A stretch of DNA of 64,000 nt, taken from assembly GCA_963674965.2 (NCBI GenBank), contig CAXXFL010000005.1, positions 32,001 through 96,000 of the forward strand, written 5' to 3'. Below are positions 22,172 through 31,787 of this stretch, piece by piece. Position numbers and translations under genes: made by a program. Position 1 is the stretch's first letter. Every line of letters starts with the position of its first letter. The DNA comes from a bacterium. GTDB lineage: Bacteria; RBG-13-61-14; DATKZS01. The notes under the pieces are model-generated. The model saw only the letters and a program-made list of their open reading frames with translations. It did no database searches and was not told the DNA's origin.

Positions 22172-23959
22172 TTACTCGATGATCGCGCCCTGGGGGCACA
22201 CCTGGGCGCACACGCCGCAACCGGTGCACATAAGCTCGTCGATGGTCACGCGCCCTTTCCTCTTTTTCCTCTCGCCCTTGCTACTTGTATATTCGCCCTC
22301 TTCCGTAATGAAGGAGATGGCCGGGCAGGCCACGTTAAGGCAGCTCTTGCAACCCGAGCACTTCTCATCGTCCACCTTAAGGGCCGGTTTCTTCACGGAT
22401 TTCGACTCGGGGATGAGCATGCACGGGCTCCGCGAGATTACCAGCGAAAGCTCGGGGGCCTCTAGTTCCTCCTTAAGCGTGTTTTTGGTGGCGTCCACGT
22501 CGTAGGGCTCGACGATTTTTACGCGTTTTATTCCCAGTCCCTCAGCCAGCTTGGGCAGGTCCACCATGCAGGAGGCCTCCCCGCAAAGGTCCGCGCCGGA
22601 CCCGGGGTTCTGCTGCCTGCCGGTCATGGCCGTGATCCGGTTGTCCAGGATGATCACCAGGCCGTCGCCGTGGTTGTAGGCCATGTCCATAAGCGGCGTG
22701 ACGCCCGAGTGGAAAAAGGTCGAGTCCCCGATGACCGAGACCACCTTGGTCCGCCCGTCCATTCCCAGGGCCTTTTGGGCGCCGAAGCTCTGCCCGATGC
22801 CCGCGCCCATGCACAGGCAGGAATCGAGTGAGGAGAGGGGAGGCGGGGCGGCCAGGGTATAGCACCCGATGTCTCCGCACACGAAGACGTTAAGTTTCTT
22901 AAGGGCCGTGAAAAGTCCCCTGTGAGGGCATCCGGGGCACATGATGGGAGGCCGCATGGGAAGGTCCGGCTCCGGCTTTCGCGCCGTCCCTCCGGCCGCG
23001 TCTCCCAAAACGCCCTTTTTGACCAGGCCGGGAGTAAGCTCTCCCACCAGGGGGAAGGCCTCCTTGCCCACGACCTCGAGGCCCAGGGCCCGCATCCAAT
23101 TCTCGAAAAACGGATCGAGTTCCTCGACCACGTAAACTTTGTCCACCATGGACGCGAACTTCCTGAAAAGCTCCTTGGGGAGGGGCCAGGACATGCCGAG
23201 CTTGAGAAAAGACGCCTTCGGAAAAGCCTCCCGAGCGTACTGGTAAGCCACGCCCGAGGCCACGATGCCAATGGACTTGTCGCCCGGCTCGATTTTGTTC
23301 TCGGGAAAGGTCTCGGCCAGTTCGGCCAGCCTGGCCATGCGCTCCTCCACCAAGGGGTGACGCATGCGGGCAAAGGCCGGAAGCATGACCCACTTGGGCG
23401 GGTCCTTCTCGATGCCGATCTTGATCTTTCCCTCCGCGCGGCCGCCCACCTCGGCCATGGTCTGGCCGTGGCTCACGCGAGTGGTCGAGCGCACGAACAC
23501 GGGGCAGTCGTATTCCTCGCTCATGTCGAAACCCATCTTAACGAAGCGCAGGGCCTCGTCCGAGTCCGAAGGCTCGAGCATGGGTATCTTGGCGGAGCGA
23601 GCGTAATGGCGGTTGTCCTGCTCGTTCTGGGAGGAGTGCATTTGAGGGTCGTCGGCGGTAATGATAACGAGGCCTCCCTTTACTCCCACGTAGCTGAGGG
23701 TGAAAAGAGGGTCAGCGGCCACGTTAACGCCCACGTGCTTCATGGCCACCAGGGTCCTGGCCCCGGCCATCGAGGCCCCGGCGCCCACCTCGAGGGCGAC
23801 CTTTTCGTTGGGCGACCACTCCGAGTTGACCTCATCATAGGCGCTCATGAACTGCAGTATCTCGGTGCTCGGGGTCCCCGGATAGGCCGAGGCCACTTTG
23901 ACTCCGGCCTCCCATGCCCCCCTGGCGATCGCCTCGTTGCCCGACAATAACTTCTTCAT
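22172..23959 (-). CDS. iorA: Indolepyruvate:ferredoxin oxidoreductase alpha subunit
   Basis: YPGTPSTEI, MKHVGVNVAAD, CPGCPH, GDIGC, GDST; C-terminal 2x[4Fe-4S] motifs. Confidence 0.94.
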   Translation of the reverse strand: MKKLLSGNEAIARGAWEAGVKVASAYPGTPSTEILQFMSAYDEVNSEWSPNEKVALEVGAGASMAGARTLVAMKHVGVNVAADPLFTLSYVGVKGGLVIITADDPQMHSSQNEQDNRHYARSAKIPMLEPSDSDEALRFVKMGFDMSEEYDCPVFVRSTTRVSHGQTMAEVGGRAEGKIKIGIEKDPPKWVMLPAFARMRHPLVEERMARLAELAETFPENKIEPGDKSIGIVASGVAYQYAREAFPKASFLKLGMSWPLPKELFRKFASMVDKVYVVEELDPFFENWMRALGLEVVGKEAFPLVGELTPGLVKKGVLGDAAGGTARKPEPDLPMRPPIMCPGCPHRGLFTALKKLNVFVCGDIGCYTLAAPPPLSSLDSCLCMGAGIGQSFGAQKALGMDGRTKVVSVIGDSTFFHSGVTPLMDMAYNHGDGLVIILDNRITAMTGRQQNPGSGADLCGEASCMVDLPKLAEGLGIKRVKIVEPYDVDATKNTLKEELEAPELSLVISRSPCMLIPESKSVKKPALKVDDEKCSGCKSCLNVACPAISFITEEGEYTSSKGERKKRKGRVTIDELMCTGCGVCAQVCPQGAIIE

Positions 23960-24066
23960 TAATCGATCCTTTAAACGAAATTCGGCGTCACCGCCCCCCG
24001 CCGGCGGACCGCCAAGGAGTGGACACCGTTTATTATTAATCGCGAATTACCCCGCGCGACCGGATT

Positions 24067-24096
24067 ATGATAAAACTATTTTGCGGGGACTGTCAA
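24067..24096 (-). promoter_or_regulatory. Putative sigma70 promoter of the ior operon
   Basis: Minus strand TTGACA (24096-24091), 18 bp spacer, TATCAT (24072-24067). Confidence 0.5.
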
Positions 24097-24318
24097 GAAA
24101 AGAGCCTCGGGCCGGACCGAGCGGCAAAAAACGCTAACCCCCAATAATGAAATTTGATTTTCATTATGTATCCCAGCCGCTTCGAGGCGGGGCATTATTG
24201 AGACTCGCGACCCGTTCCATCGGGATGGGCGATCGTTTCCAGAGTCGGCCCATTTCCCGGAAAAGAGTCAAGACCATATCCTTTGGCTCCGAACTTGTCC
24301 TTTTACGTTTCGATGGCG

Positions 24319-24627
24319 TCATTTTTTACCTTTGTATCGCGGACAAAGCCGCAAACATCCGACCGTAAACTCCCGGCAGGTAAGGGGTCTTAGCTCGTAT
24401 ATCTCGCACCTGAAACGATCTTCATCCTTCTTTAAATAGCGGCAGGCGTGAAGGGTCATGCCCGATTCGGCCATTTCCCTGTTTATGGCCCCCCGCGTCA
24501 TTTTCTCATCTTCATAGGCCTTGACGAGGTCCGTCCTTCCCCGGGCCTCCCAATCGGCCAGGTCATCGGGCCGGACGTGGCGGTAAAAGGACTCGAAACA
24601 ACATTTGCCGCACCTTTTGCATTCCAT
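24319..24627 (-). CDS. YkgJ-family cysteine-cluster (CxxCxxCC) protein
   Basis: MECKRCGKCC...CRYL...CEIYELRPLTCREF. Confidence 0.85.
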   Translation of the reverse strand: MECKRCGKCCFESFYRHVRPDDLADWEARGRTDLVKAYEDEKMTRGAINREMAESGMTLHACRYLKKDEDRFRCEIYELRPLTCREFTVGCLRLCPRYKGKK

Positions 24628-25073
24628 ATTTTCATTGTACTTCCAATGAAAAAACCGAACAAACAATTCGAGATATTAACCTAATAAAGTAACGCCGGAA
24701 CGGCTTTTATGCATGGCGTCAAAAGCAATTGCGCGTCATTATCTGGCATGACCTTATAAAAACCAAAAGGGTGATATTTGAATAGCCGCGGTCCCCGCGG
24801 GCTCGGGGTTTATCATCGGGCCGTTTCTGGTGGGGGACACGCCGTTTCCCTCATCTCCCCCTCCGCCATCCTTTTGGCCCCGAGTCCCATCGTCCGGTCC
24901 ATGGGCAGGCCCAAAACCCCGTCGCCGGACAACCAGGCCAGCCAATCCCGATCGGGGGACTTGTAGCGCCGCCGCCTTCGCGTCTATAATGTCCAATCGC
25001 CGCAAGCGGGCTTACCATATACCGCCCCTCGCGCGCCGGAATCTTATTTGCGAGAAAATGGAGCATATCACTA

Positions 25074-26444
25074 ATGACCGACGTGAACGAAGATATCGAA
25101 CGCGGAACGGACGGACCGGAAGGAAAGCCCGAGTCGGAGGAGCCTAAAAAGCCCTCGATCATAAGCCAGCTAATTCCCTACGTCTTTACGGCCGCGATCC
25201 TGGCTTACGTTTTCACGGGCTTGTCCTCGAGCGTGGTGGACGAGAGGCACTCCCTTAAGGGGACCGAGTGGTCGGACCTTGTCAAGACCGGGCTTAGAAA
25301 GAAGTCCATCGAGATCAAAAGCCCGAGCGGAGATGTAACCTATTGCGGACCCGAGTCCGAGGTGAGCGAGGAATGCCCCGCGGGACCGGATTACGAAGTT
25401 CGAGCGGAGGAAGAAGGCATCCCCGCCGGCATCAGGCGCTCGGCCACTTCCCGCATTGGCGACGGGGCCGAGGTCTCGGTCAACTACGTGGTCAAGGTCA
25501 AGCTCTCCGAGATGTACGCCCTGGTAAAGGAGGCCGACTGGAGGCTCTACCTTCCCTTTATAATTTTACACTCCCTGATCTTCATGTTCGCCGACGTTTC
25601 CTCTTTTGGCTTCGCCTACCGATGGTTCAACGTGCCCGGCATGAAGCTGAAGGAGATTTTAGAGGTCCGGCTGGCGCCTTATGTGATCCAGATCGGAATA
25701 CCGCCCCTGGCTGAGGTGCTCTTTCCTCTTTATATGTGGCGCGTCAAGAAAGCCCCGGTAACCAAAATACTAAGCTCGAACTTCTGGGCCATGCTGACCG
25801 AGGTCCTGGCAATTTTCACTTCTCTTACCATCGCCTCTTACTATAACGTTTTCGTGAATACCGTGGTCGAGGCCATAGGCGTCGGATGGGTGATTGTATG
25901 CACCGCTTTCTGGGTCATCTTCTTCAGTTCCATTATTTTCTGGCATACTTCAAGAGGCAAGAGGCTTAAGGCGAGCATAGCCCAGTCCGAAAGCGGCGAG
26001 GGCAATCCGACCGGCGAGGGCGGAATCAAAGAGACTATCGGCGGTTCTCTCTATCTTCTTCGCACTTTCAGCATGGCCCGCTGGCATCACTGGCTCCGGG
26101 CGTACGGCGCCAGAATGATACTGCAGGCGTCGGGTATAATCTCGAGCTACATGACTCTTAAGGCGCTTGGCGTGGAACCCTCGATCGCCCTTGCCGGCAT
26201 AGCTTTTCCCATTATCATCCTCAGCGTTTTCATGCCCATCAGCGTTGGAGGCTACGGCGGGGCCCAACTGGTGGCCTGGTTCCTGATCGTGAAGATGGGA
26301 CAGACGGGCACGGCGGACCAGGTTATCGCCTTCTCCCTTCTCTGGTCCACGGGATTTCTGGTGGGAAGGGCGATAATCGGGCTGGTCTTTATTCGGGGCT
26401 TCTGGAAGAGGTGCTTCCCAAACGGCTTTAGCCTCTCGGGATAA
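25074..26444 (+). CDS. Polytopic membrane protein, lysylphosphatidylglycerol-synthase-TM/flippase-like, with a soluble insertion
   Basis: About 8 TM segments; late MPISVGGYGGAQ motif; hydrophilic ~100 aa insert after TM1. Confidence 0.6.
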   Translation: MTDVNEDIERGTDGPEGKPESEEPKKPSIISQLIPYVFTAAILAYVFTGLSSSVVDERHSLKGTEWSDLVKTGLRKKSIEIKSPSGDVTYCGPESEVSEECPAGPDYEVRAEEEGIPAGIRRSATSRIGDGAEVSVNYVVKVKLSEMYALVKEADWRLYLPFIILHSLIFMFADVSSFGFAYRWFNVPGMKLKEILEVRLAPYVIQIGIPPLAEVLFPLYMWRVKKAPVTKILSSNFWAMLTEVLAIFTSLTIASYYNVFVNTVVEAIGVGWVIVCTAFWVIFFSSIIFWHTSRGKRLKASIAQSESGEGNPTGEGGIKETIGGSLYLLRTFSMARWHHWLRAYGARMILQASGIISSYMTLKALGVEPSIALAGIAFPIIILSVFMPISVGGYGGAQLVAWFLIVKMGQTGTADQVIAFSLLWSTGFLVGRAIIGLVFIRGFWKRCFPNGFSLSG

Positions 26445-26450
26445 AAGCGG

Positions 26451-26484
26451 CGGACCGCGGCCACTAAATGGAAGCCGCGGTCCG
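26451..26484. terminator. Hairpin between convergent genes
   Basis: CGGACCGCGGC ... GCCGCGGTCCG, 11 bp stem. Confidence 0.55.
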
Positions 26485-26504
26485 TTACATATATCGCCAA
26501 TCCC

Positions 26505-28052
26505 CTACTCGAAGTTGTACCTTAAGATCACGTTGGAGTTAAGGCCTCCGTCATAGCGCATGACGTAGAGGTTTCCCGCCCTCCAGACCATGAAGTGGTG
26601 GTTGTCGTTCAGGTTCAATATCTCGACCGGACCGGTCCGGCCGGTCTTGAACATGAAGTAGTCCACGAAGCCCGTATAGCCCGTTCCCGGGTTGTAGACA
26701 TAGGTGATCATGCCCTCGGCGTACACGTTGAACTCGCAGTCGAACTCCCAGTCCTGACTCCAGATATTGGCCTCGATGTTAAAGGCGTCGCCAGGGATGG
26801 GATAAAGGGAGTCCCACGCCGATATGAGGGCGCTCGAGAGGTCCGACCGGTAAAGCGAGTGGGTGGCGCCGTCATAGGTGAACAGGCCGTTTCCTTTATA
26901 AGTAATGTCCCCGTTCTCGTCGCGATGGGAGGCCCCGAACCCGGTCGGGTCCGCCGGCTCGGGCACGGCCACCGACCCCTGGGCCGAGGGATCTATCTTG
27001 AAGACCCTGGGGTCTCCGCCCAGGTTGTTGGAAACGTAGTAATTGCCCATGGTGTCGGCCGCCAGGTGGACGGGGAAGTTGAACCCCAGAGTGTCGCCCT
27101 CCGCGAAGAACACCGACAGGTCCCCCGAGGAGCCGACGCTCACGATGTTGTCTCCCTTTATGGCCCAGAGTCCGTTGTCGCAATCGGCCCACAGCGAGCT
27201 CATGCTTCCCGAAACCGCGTCAAGCTGGGTCTCGGTGGAATAGGTCGTCTTGACGCCGTCCTTGTCGATCTTCCATATTTCCTTGCCGATACCGTTGTCC
27301 CAGTAGGTATAGACGTTGCCGTAGTCGTCCGCCGCCAGCAGGGATATCTGGCCGTGGGAATAGATGGTGTCCGCCGGAAGGGGCGTCACGCCGGGCGCGC
27401 ATCCCTCATTCCAGACCCCGCACCCCGTGGCCGGCCCCTGCGGGCAGCCCTCGTCTATCTCGCCGTAGCCCGAGTCTCCCGGGCACTGGTTGTCCAGTCC
27501 GTCGCAAAGCTCGGGCGCGCCGGGGTAGACGAGGGGATTGCCGTCGTCGCAGTCGGTTGCGGCCGTGTTTCCGCCGCAGGCGCAGGCCTTGGGGTATCCG
27601 TCGGCGTCGTAATCCTCGTTATTGATAAAGGAGGTGAGCCATCTCGAGTCGACGGCAAGGGCGTAAGGGCTCGAGGTCACTCGAGCGCGCGGCGTCATCT
27701 CCGCGTCCGAGTTCACCTTCACGCCCATCCAGACCTGGGGGTGGTTTTGGAAGACTCGCGCCAGGCTTGACTCGGTGCCGGGCGTGACGACGCCGCCCCC
27801 GATCAGGACCACGTACTGGCCCTGGTCCACGTTAACGCCTCCCTCGAGGACGGACAGGAGAGCGGTGTCGCCGTCCTCGCTCGCGTAAAAGGTGAAAGTC
27901 ATGTCCACGCTGGTCCCGCTTAAGGGCTGGCCCGAGGAGTCGGTAATCCGTCCCTGGTAGTGGATGAGCTCGGGCACTGACTGGCCCCTCACCAGGAAGG
28001 CGAAAAGGCCGGCGAAAAACAAGATGCCCACCGCGAGAAGTCTAATCCTCAT
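26505..28052 (-). CDS. Secreted protein: N-terminal YQGR domain, Cys-rich putative metal-binding (MopE-related) motif, probable beta-propeller C-terminus
   Basis: Signal peptide; IHYQGRITDSSG; DCDDGNPLVYPGAPELCDGLDNQC; repeated LAADxxGNxY strands. Confidence 0.75.
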   Translation of the reverse strand: MRIRLLAVGILFFAGLFAFLVRGQSVPELIHYQGRITDSSGQPLSGTSVDMTFTFYASEDGDTALLSVLEGGVNVDQGQYVVLIGGGVVTPGTESSLARVFQNHPQVWMGVKVNSDAEMTPRARVTSSPYALAVDSRWLTSFINNEDYDADGYPKACACGGNTAATDCDDGNPLVYPGAPELCDGLDNQCPGDSGYGEIDEGCPQGPATGCGVWNEGCAPGVTPLPADTIYSHGQISLLAADDYGNVYTYWDNGIGKEIWKIDKDGVKTTYSTETQLDAVSGSMSSLWADCDNGLWAIKGDNIVSVGSSGDLSVFFAEGDTLGFNFPVHLAADTMGNYYVSNNLGGDPRVFKIDPSAQGSVAVPEPADPTGFGASHRDENGDITYKGNGLFTYDGATHSLYRSDLSSALISAWDSLYPIPGDAFNIEANIWSQDWEFDCEFNVYAEGMITYVYNPGTGYTGFVDYFMFKTGRTGPVEILNLNDNHHFMVWRAGNLYVMRYDGGLNSNVILRYNFE

Positions 28053-28355
28053 TGTTGGTCCTCCAATATTTTCGTGATGTAAAAAAAGCCTTGCGCAGGG
28101 CTCGGGGCGTGGTCACTCTCGTTTTAAACCTAGCACGCGGGCTCGCTTTATTCAAGGAATATTTCCCGCGGCGCCCGGCGTTTGACTGATTATGGAGCGA
28201 GTGATAATCTTTTTTCATATCGTTTTTGACGCGCTCGGGCCTTCTTCCTGGCGAAGAAGGCTTTTTGACGTGACGCCGCCGATAATCGAGGATGAAGAAA
28301 TCGTTTACATGCGGGACTTTTCCTTTTCCCGCCCTTAAAAGGGACCTCAAGGATA

Positions 28356-29387
28356 ATGGCCAGCTTTAACCGGCTCAGGAAGAGAGCCCGGCGGGAGCTC
28401 GAGGACCTCGAGGTCGTACTTAAGCGAGCGAGAAAGAAGAAGGCCTCCCCCGAGGTCATCGAGGAGGCGGGCCAGTACTCGCAGATGGTTCGGCTGGCCC
28501 TTCAAGACGAGACGCGGGACGCCAAGGCCCTGGCCTACGCTCTCGATTCCCTTGACGCCTACGTTGACGAAAACCTTTCCAGGTATCGGCCCAGCTCGGC
28601 CCTGGAGACCTTCAAGGCCCTGCTCCTGGCCGTTTTGATCGCCTTCGCCATAAGGTGGGTGATCATCGAGCCCTTCCGGATACCCTCCGGCTCCATGATA
28701 CCGACCCTGTTGGTGGGCGACCAGCTACTGGTCTCGAAGCTGGCATACGGCTTTGACATGTTCGTGCCCTACCTGGACCTGAAAAAGTCGCTGGACGAGG
28801 TCGAGGCCTTGAAGAAAAAGGGCGCGGTCCGCTGGCGCTTTAAAATAAAAGGCCACGAGGTTTCGGTCGTGGCCCAGAAGCTCTTGACCTGGGGCCATCC
28901 GAAGCGGGGCGACGTGGTGGTTTTTCGTTATCCGAACGACCCGTCCGAGGACTACATCAAGAGGGTGATCGGACTTCCGGGGGACACGGTCGAGCTTCGG
29001 GACGGGGTCCTGTCGATCAACGGCAAGGCGGTGATCGAGAAAAAAGTCGGACCATACGACGGCCCCCTTGACTCGGGCGGCTGCTCGGACATGGAGCTTT
29101 ACAGCGAGACCCTCGAGGGCGCTAAAGGCGAAGTGGTCCATCCCGTGCTCCACTGCGACGACGGGTTTCATGGAAGGGATTATTACGGCTACGGACCCAT
29201 CAAGGTGCCGGAGGACTCGATATTCGTGATGGGCGACAACAGGGACCAGTCATCCGACAGCCGCGCCTGGGGCTTCGTGCCCGTAAGCTATTTGAAAGGC
29301 AGGGCCCTTATCATTCACCTGCCGCTCGATCCGGACAAGTCCTATGTTGTTCCCAGGTGGAACAGGTTTTTCAAGGTAATTAAGTAA
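28356..29387 (+). CDS. lepB: Signal peptidase I with an N-terminal helical extension
   Basis: IPSGSMIPTL (Ser), DYIKRVIGLPGD (Lys), GDNRDQSSDSR. Confidence 0.92.
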   Translation: MASFNRLRKRARRELEDLEVVLKRARKKKASPEVIEEAGQYSQMVRLALQDETRDAKALAYALDSLDAYVDENLSRYRPSSALETFKALLLAVLIAFAIRWVIIEPFRIPSGSMIPTLLVGDQLLVSKLAYGFDMFVPYLDLKKSLDEVEALKKKGAVRWRFKIKGHEVSVVAQKLLTWGHPKRGDVVVFRYPNDPSEDYIKRVIGLPGDTVELRDGVLSINGKAVIEKKVGPYDGPLDSGGCSDMELYSETLEGAKGEVVHPVLHCDDGFHGRDYYGYGPIKVPEDSIFVMGDNRDQSSDSRAWGFVPVSYLKGRALIIHLPLDPDKSYVVPRWNRFFKVIK

Positions 29388-29419
29388 CCGTTAAAAAGGC
29401 CGCCCGGACTCGTATAAAT

Positions 29420-30217
29420 ATGCGGCCCCGATTGGAACGCGAAATGATGGTAAAAGCCGACACGGCCTGGACCGACGATGAAATAGTAATGACCGACATG
29501 ACGCCGGACACGGACTTCGTGTTCGACAGGATGACGGTCGAGACGATTAACGCCGTTGACCCGAGACCGGGCGAGAAGGTACTCGACGTGGCCTGCGGCA
29601 GGGCCATAGACGCCAAGTCCCTCATGGACCGGGGCGCGGCCATGACCGGCATCGAGGCCTCGGACGTCATGATCGACAAGGCCATCGAGTACCTGGGCGC
29701 GAAAAGAAACGAGATGGGCCTCGTCAGGTCCCTCGCCGAGGACCTGCCCTTCGCCGACGGCTGTTTCGACAAGGTCGTAACCAAGGGGGCAATGGACCAC
29801 TTCGCCGACCTCCAGACCTCGATGGCGGAACTGGTCCGCGTAACGCGCCCGGGCGGTAAGATCATCATCGCCATCGCCAACTTCGAGAGCCTCACCTGCC
29901 GAGGCGGCCGCGCCATCTGGAGGGTAAGGGAAAAAATCACGGGCCAAGGCCCCGGCGATCATCCCTTTTGGGAGCCTCCCGAGGACCATAATTTCAAGTT
30001 CGATCTTCCTTTCCTCCGCGAGCTTATGTCGGAGCACTGCCATAACGTCCAGATAAAAGGCACGAGCCTTTTATGGGGCTTTCCCAAGTGGGGGGCCTTT
30101 CTTTCCAAGCTGCCGAAAGGAGTTTCGCTGGGAATATTGAAGGCGCTCGACCTTGGCGCCGCCGCTTTTCCCGGCCTTTCCGACGTTCTCATCGCCACGG
30201 GCGCGCCGAAAAAATAA
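29420..30217 (+). CDS. Class I SAM-dependent methyltransferase
   Basis: VLDVACGRA, LPFADGCFD, RVTRPGG. Confidence 0.85.
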   Translation: MRPRLEREMMVKADTAWTDDEIVMTDMTPDTDFVFDRMTVETINAVDPRPGEKVLDVACGRAIDAKSLMDRGAAMTGIEASDVMIDKAIEYLGAKRNEMGLVRSLAEDLPFADGCFDKVVTKGAMDHFADLQTSMAELVRVTRPGGKIIIAIANFESLTCRGGRAIWRVREKITGQGPGDHPFWEPPEDHNFKFDLPFLRELMSEHCHNVQIKGTSLLWGFPKWGAFLSKLPKGVSLGILKALDLGAAAFPGLSDVLIATGAPKK

Positions 30218-30249
30218 GCGGCCCGCTTTTGGGCGATAATTCTCGCGGC

Positions 30250-31695
30250 TTATTCCAGGATTTCCCGCAGGGTGACCTTGAGGTAGCTTTTCGAGGTACC
30301 CAGGCTCACGTCGAGCAGTCGGTCCAGGGTTTCCTCCGGCGTCTTGGGAGGGTCGGCGGGCGCGTCGTCGCTCCGGTCGGGGTTTTCGAAGTGGACCCGG
30401 GGCCCGGGCATCTGCCAGGCGTCGGTGGCGGCCATGACCACGTCGGCCACCGTTATCGAGCCCAGGTCGCGGCCCGGCACGTGTACTTCCTCCCTGGTCC
30501 TCCGGCCGCCCGGCGAGGTACCCAATATAATCAGGTTGGCCTCCATGAGGCGAGCCAGGGTCGCCTGGATGCGGGGGACATCGATGCCCAGGCTCTCGGC
30601 AAGCTCGCTCACGGTGGGCGCCGGGTCGCCATGGAAATGGCTCTTGGATATCTCGAGCATCACCCGCGAGGCCAGGTAAACGTCTCCGGCCCGGAAATCG
30701 AGCTCATCTCTTTTACGCAGCGCGAAGCGGTAGTTTTGAATGACGTACGTAAGCTGGGCGCAAAACAGGATGATCCACCACACCAGGTAGACCCAGACGA
30801 GAAAGACCAGGAACACCCCCATCGTGCCCCACCACAACTGGCGTCCCTCCACCATCTTGGCCGCGAAAAAGGAGAACCCCCACTTGCCGATCTCGAAGGC
30901 CGCCGCGGCCACCAGGCTCCCGATAAGCGCCGGCCAGAACTCGACCCTGGTGTTGGGCAGCCACTTGTAAACCGCCAGGAAAAGGGCCCACACGATGGCC
31001 ATGGGTATACCCAGGTCCTTGAATAAACTCCAGGTCCAGGTGAACAGGGGAAGGCGGGCAAGTCCAAGGTTCTCCTGCACCGCCCGCTCGATGGACTCGA
31101 CCTGCACCTGGGCGGTCATGTACATGGACAGTCCCAGCATAAGGGGGATGAGAACGGTAAGGGCCGTGTAGGAAAGGACCCGCCAGCCGTAGGGGCGGCG
31201 ATGGGTCACGTGCCATATGTTGTTGAATATGACCTCGATGCCGTTGATGAGCAGGATCGAGGTCACCAGCATGATGATAAAGCCGAACTGGGCCCCCTGT
31301 TGGGCCTGGTTAATGAACTTGTCGATAAACTCGAAGGTGCTCTGGATGATCTGGCTCTCGGGGACCACGTATTGCTTCATCACCTGCTGGAGCTTCTCGG
31401 TAAGGTTCTCGAGCTGATAGGGCATGAGCCAGGTCAAAAGGGAAATCATGAAGGCGAGCATGGGCACCAGGGAAATCATGCTCCGGTAGGCCAGGGCGTT
31501 GGCCTGATAGGGCCCCCTGTTCTCGAAGAACAGCTTGACCGTCTGGCGCATGACCCGATACCAGTACCGGGGCTGTTCCTTGGCCTCGACGTAGACGCCC
31601 GAGGGCCCTAGTTCCTTGATCCTGTCGGAAAAATCCTTCGCCGCCAGGATCGCGTCGCGGACTATGGATTGGTTCCCGTTCAAATCCGACTCCAT
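30250..31695 (-). CDS. YihY/BrkB-family membrane protein with C-terminal Rrf2-like HTH
   Basis: ALAY...SLVP, FNNIW, YKWLPN, WVYLVW; C-terminal TVSELAESLGI...GG...PGRD...ITVADV. Confidence 0.85.
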   Translation of the reverse strand: MESDLNGNQSIVRDAILAAKDFSDRIKELGPSGVYVEAKEQPRYWYRVMRQTVKLFFENRGPYQANALAYRSMISLVPMLAFMISLLTWLMPYQLENLTEKLQQVMKQYVVPESQIIQSTFEFIDKFINQAQQGAQFGFIIMLVTSILLINGIEVIFNNIWHVTHRRPYGWRVLSYTALTVLIPLMLGLSMYMTAQVQVESIERAVQENLGLARLPLFTWTWSLFKDLGIPMAIVWALFLAVYKWLPNTRVEFWPALIGSLVAAAAFEIGKWGFSFFAAKMVEGRQLWWGTMGVFLVFLVWVYLVWWIILFCAQLTYVIQNYRFALRKRDELDFRAGDVYLASRVMLEISKSHFHGDPAPTVSELAESLGIDVPRIQATLARLMEANLIILGTSPGGRRTREEVHVPGRDLGSITVADVVMAATDAWQMPGPRVHFENPDRSDDAPADPPKTPEETLDRLLDVSLGTSKSYLKVTLREILE

Positions 31696-31787
31696 CCAGA
31701 TTGTAGCAGATTTACTCCGGCGCCAATAGGCCCGGCCTCGATAAAAATCCTCTGGTCTTCCCGGACCCGAGGCCCCAGGTTTATCTC

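Noticed and set aside
24667-25073. Short ORFs in the gap between the YkgJ-like gene and the membrane protein gene
   Set aside because: They overlap one another and have no motifs or RBS; more likely a divergent promoter region (TATAAT at 24985-24990).
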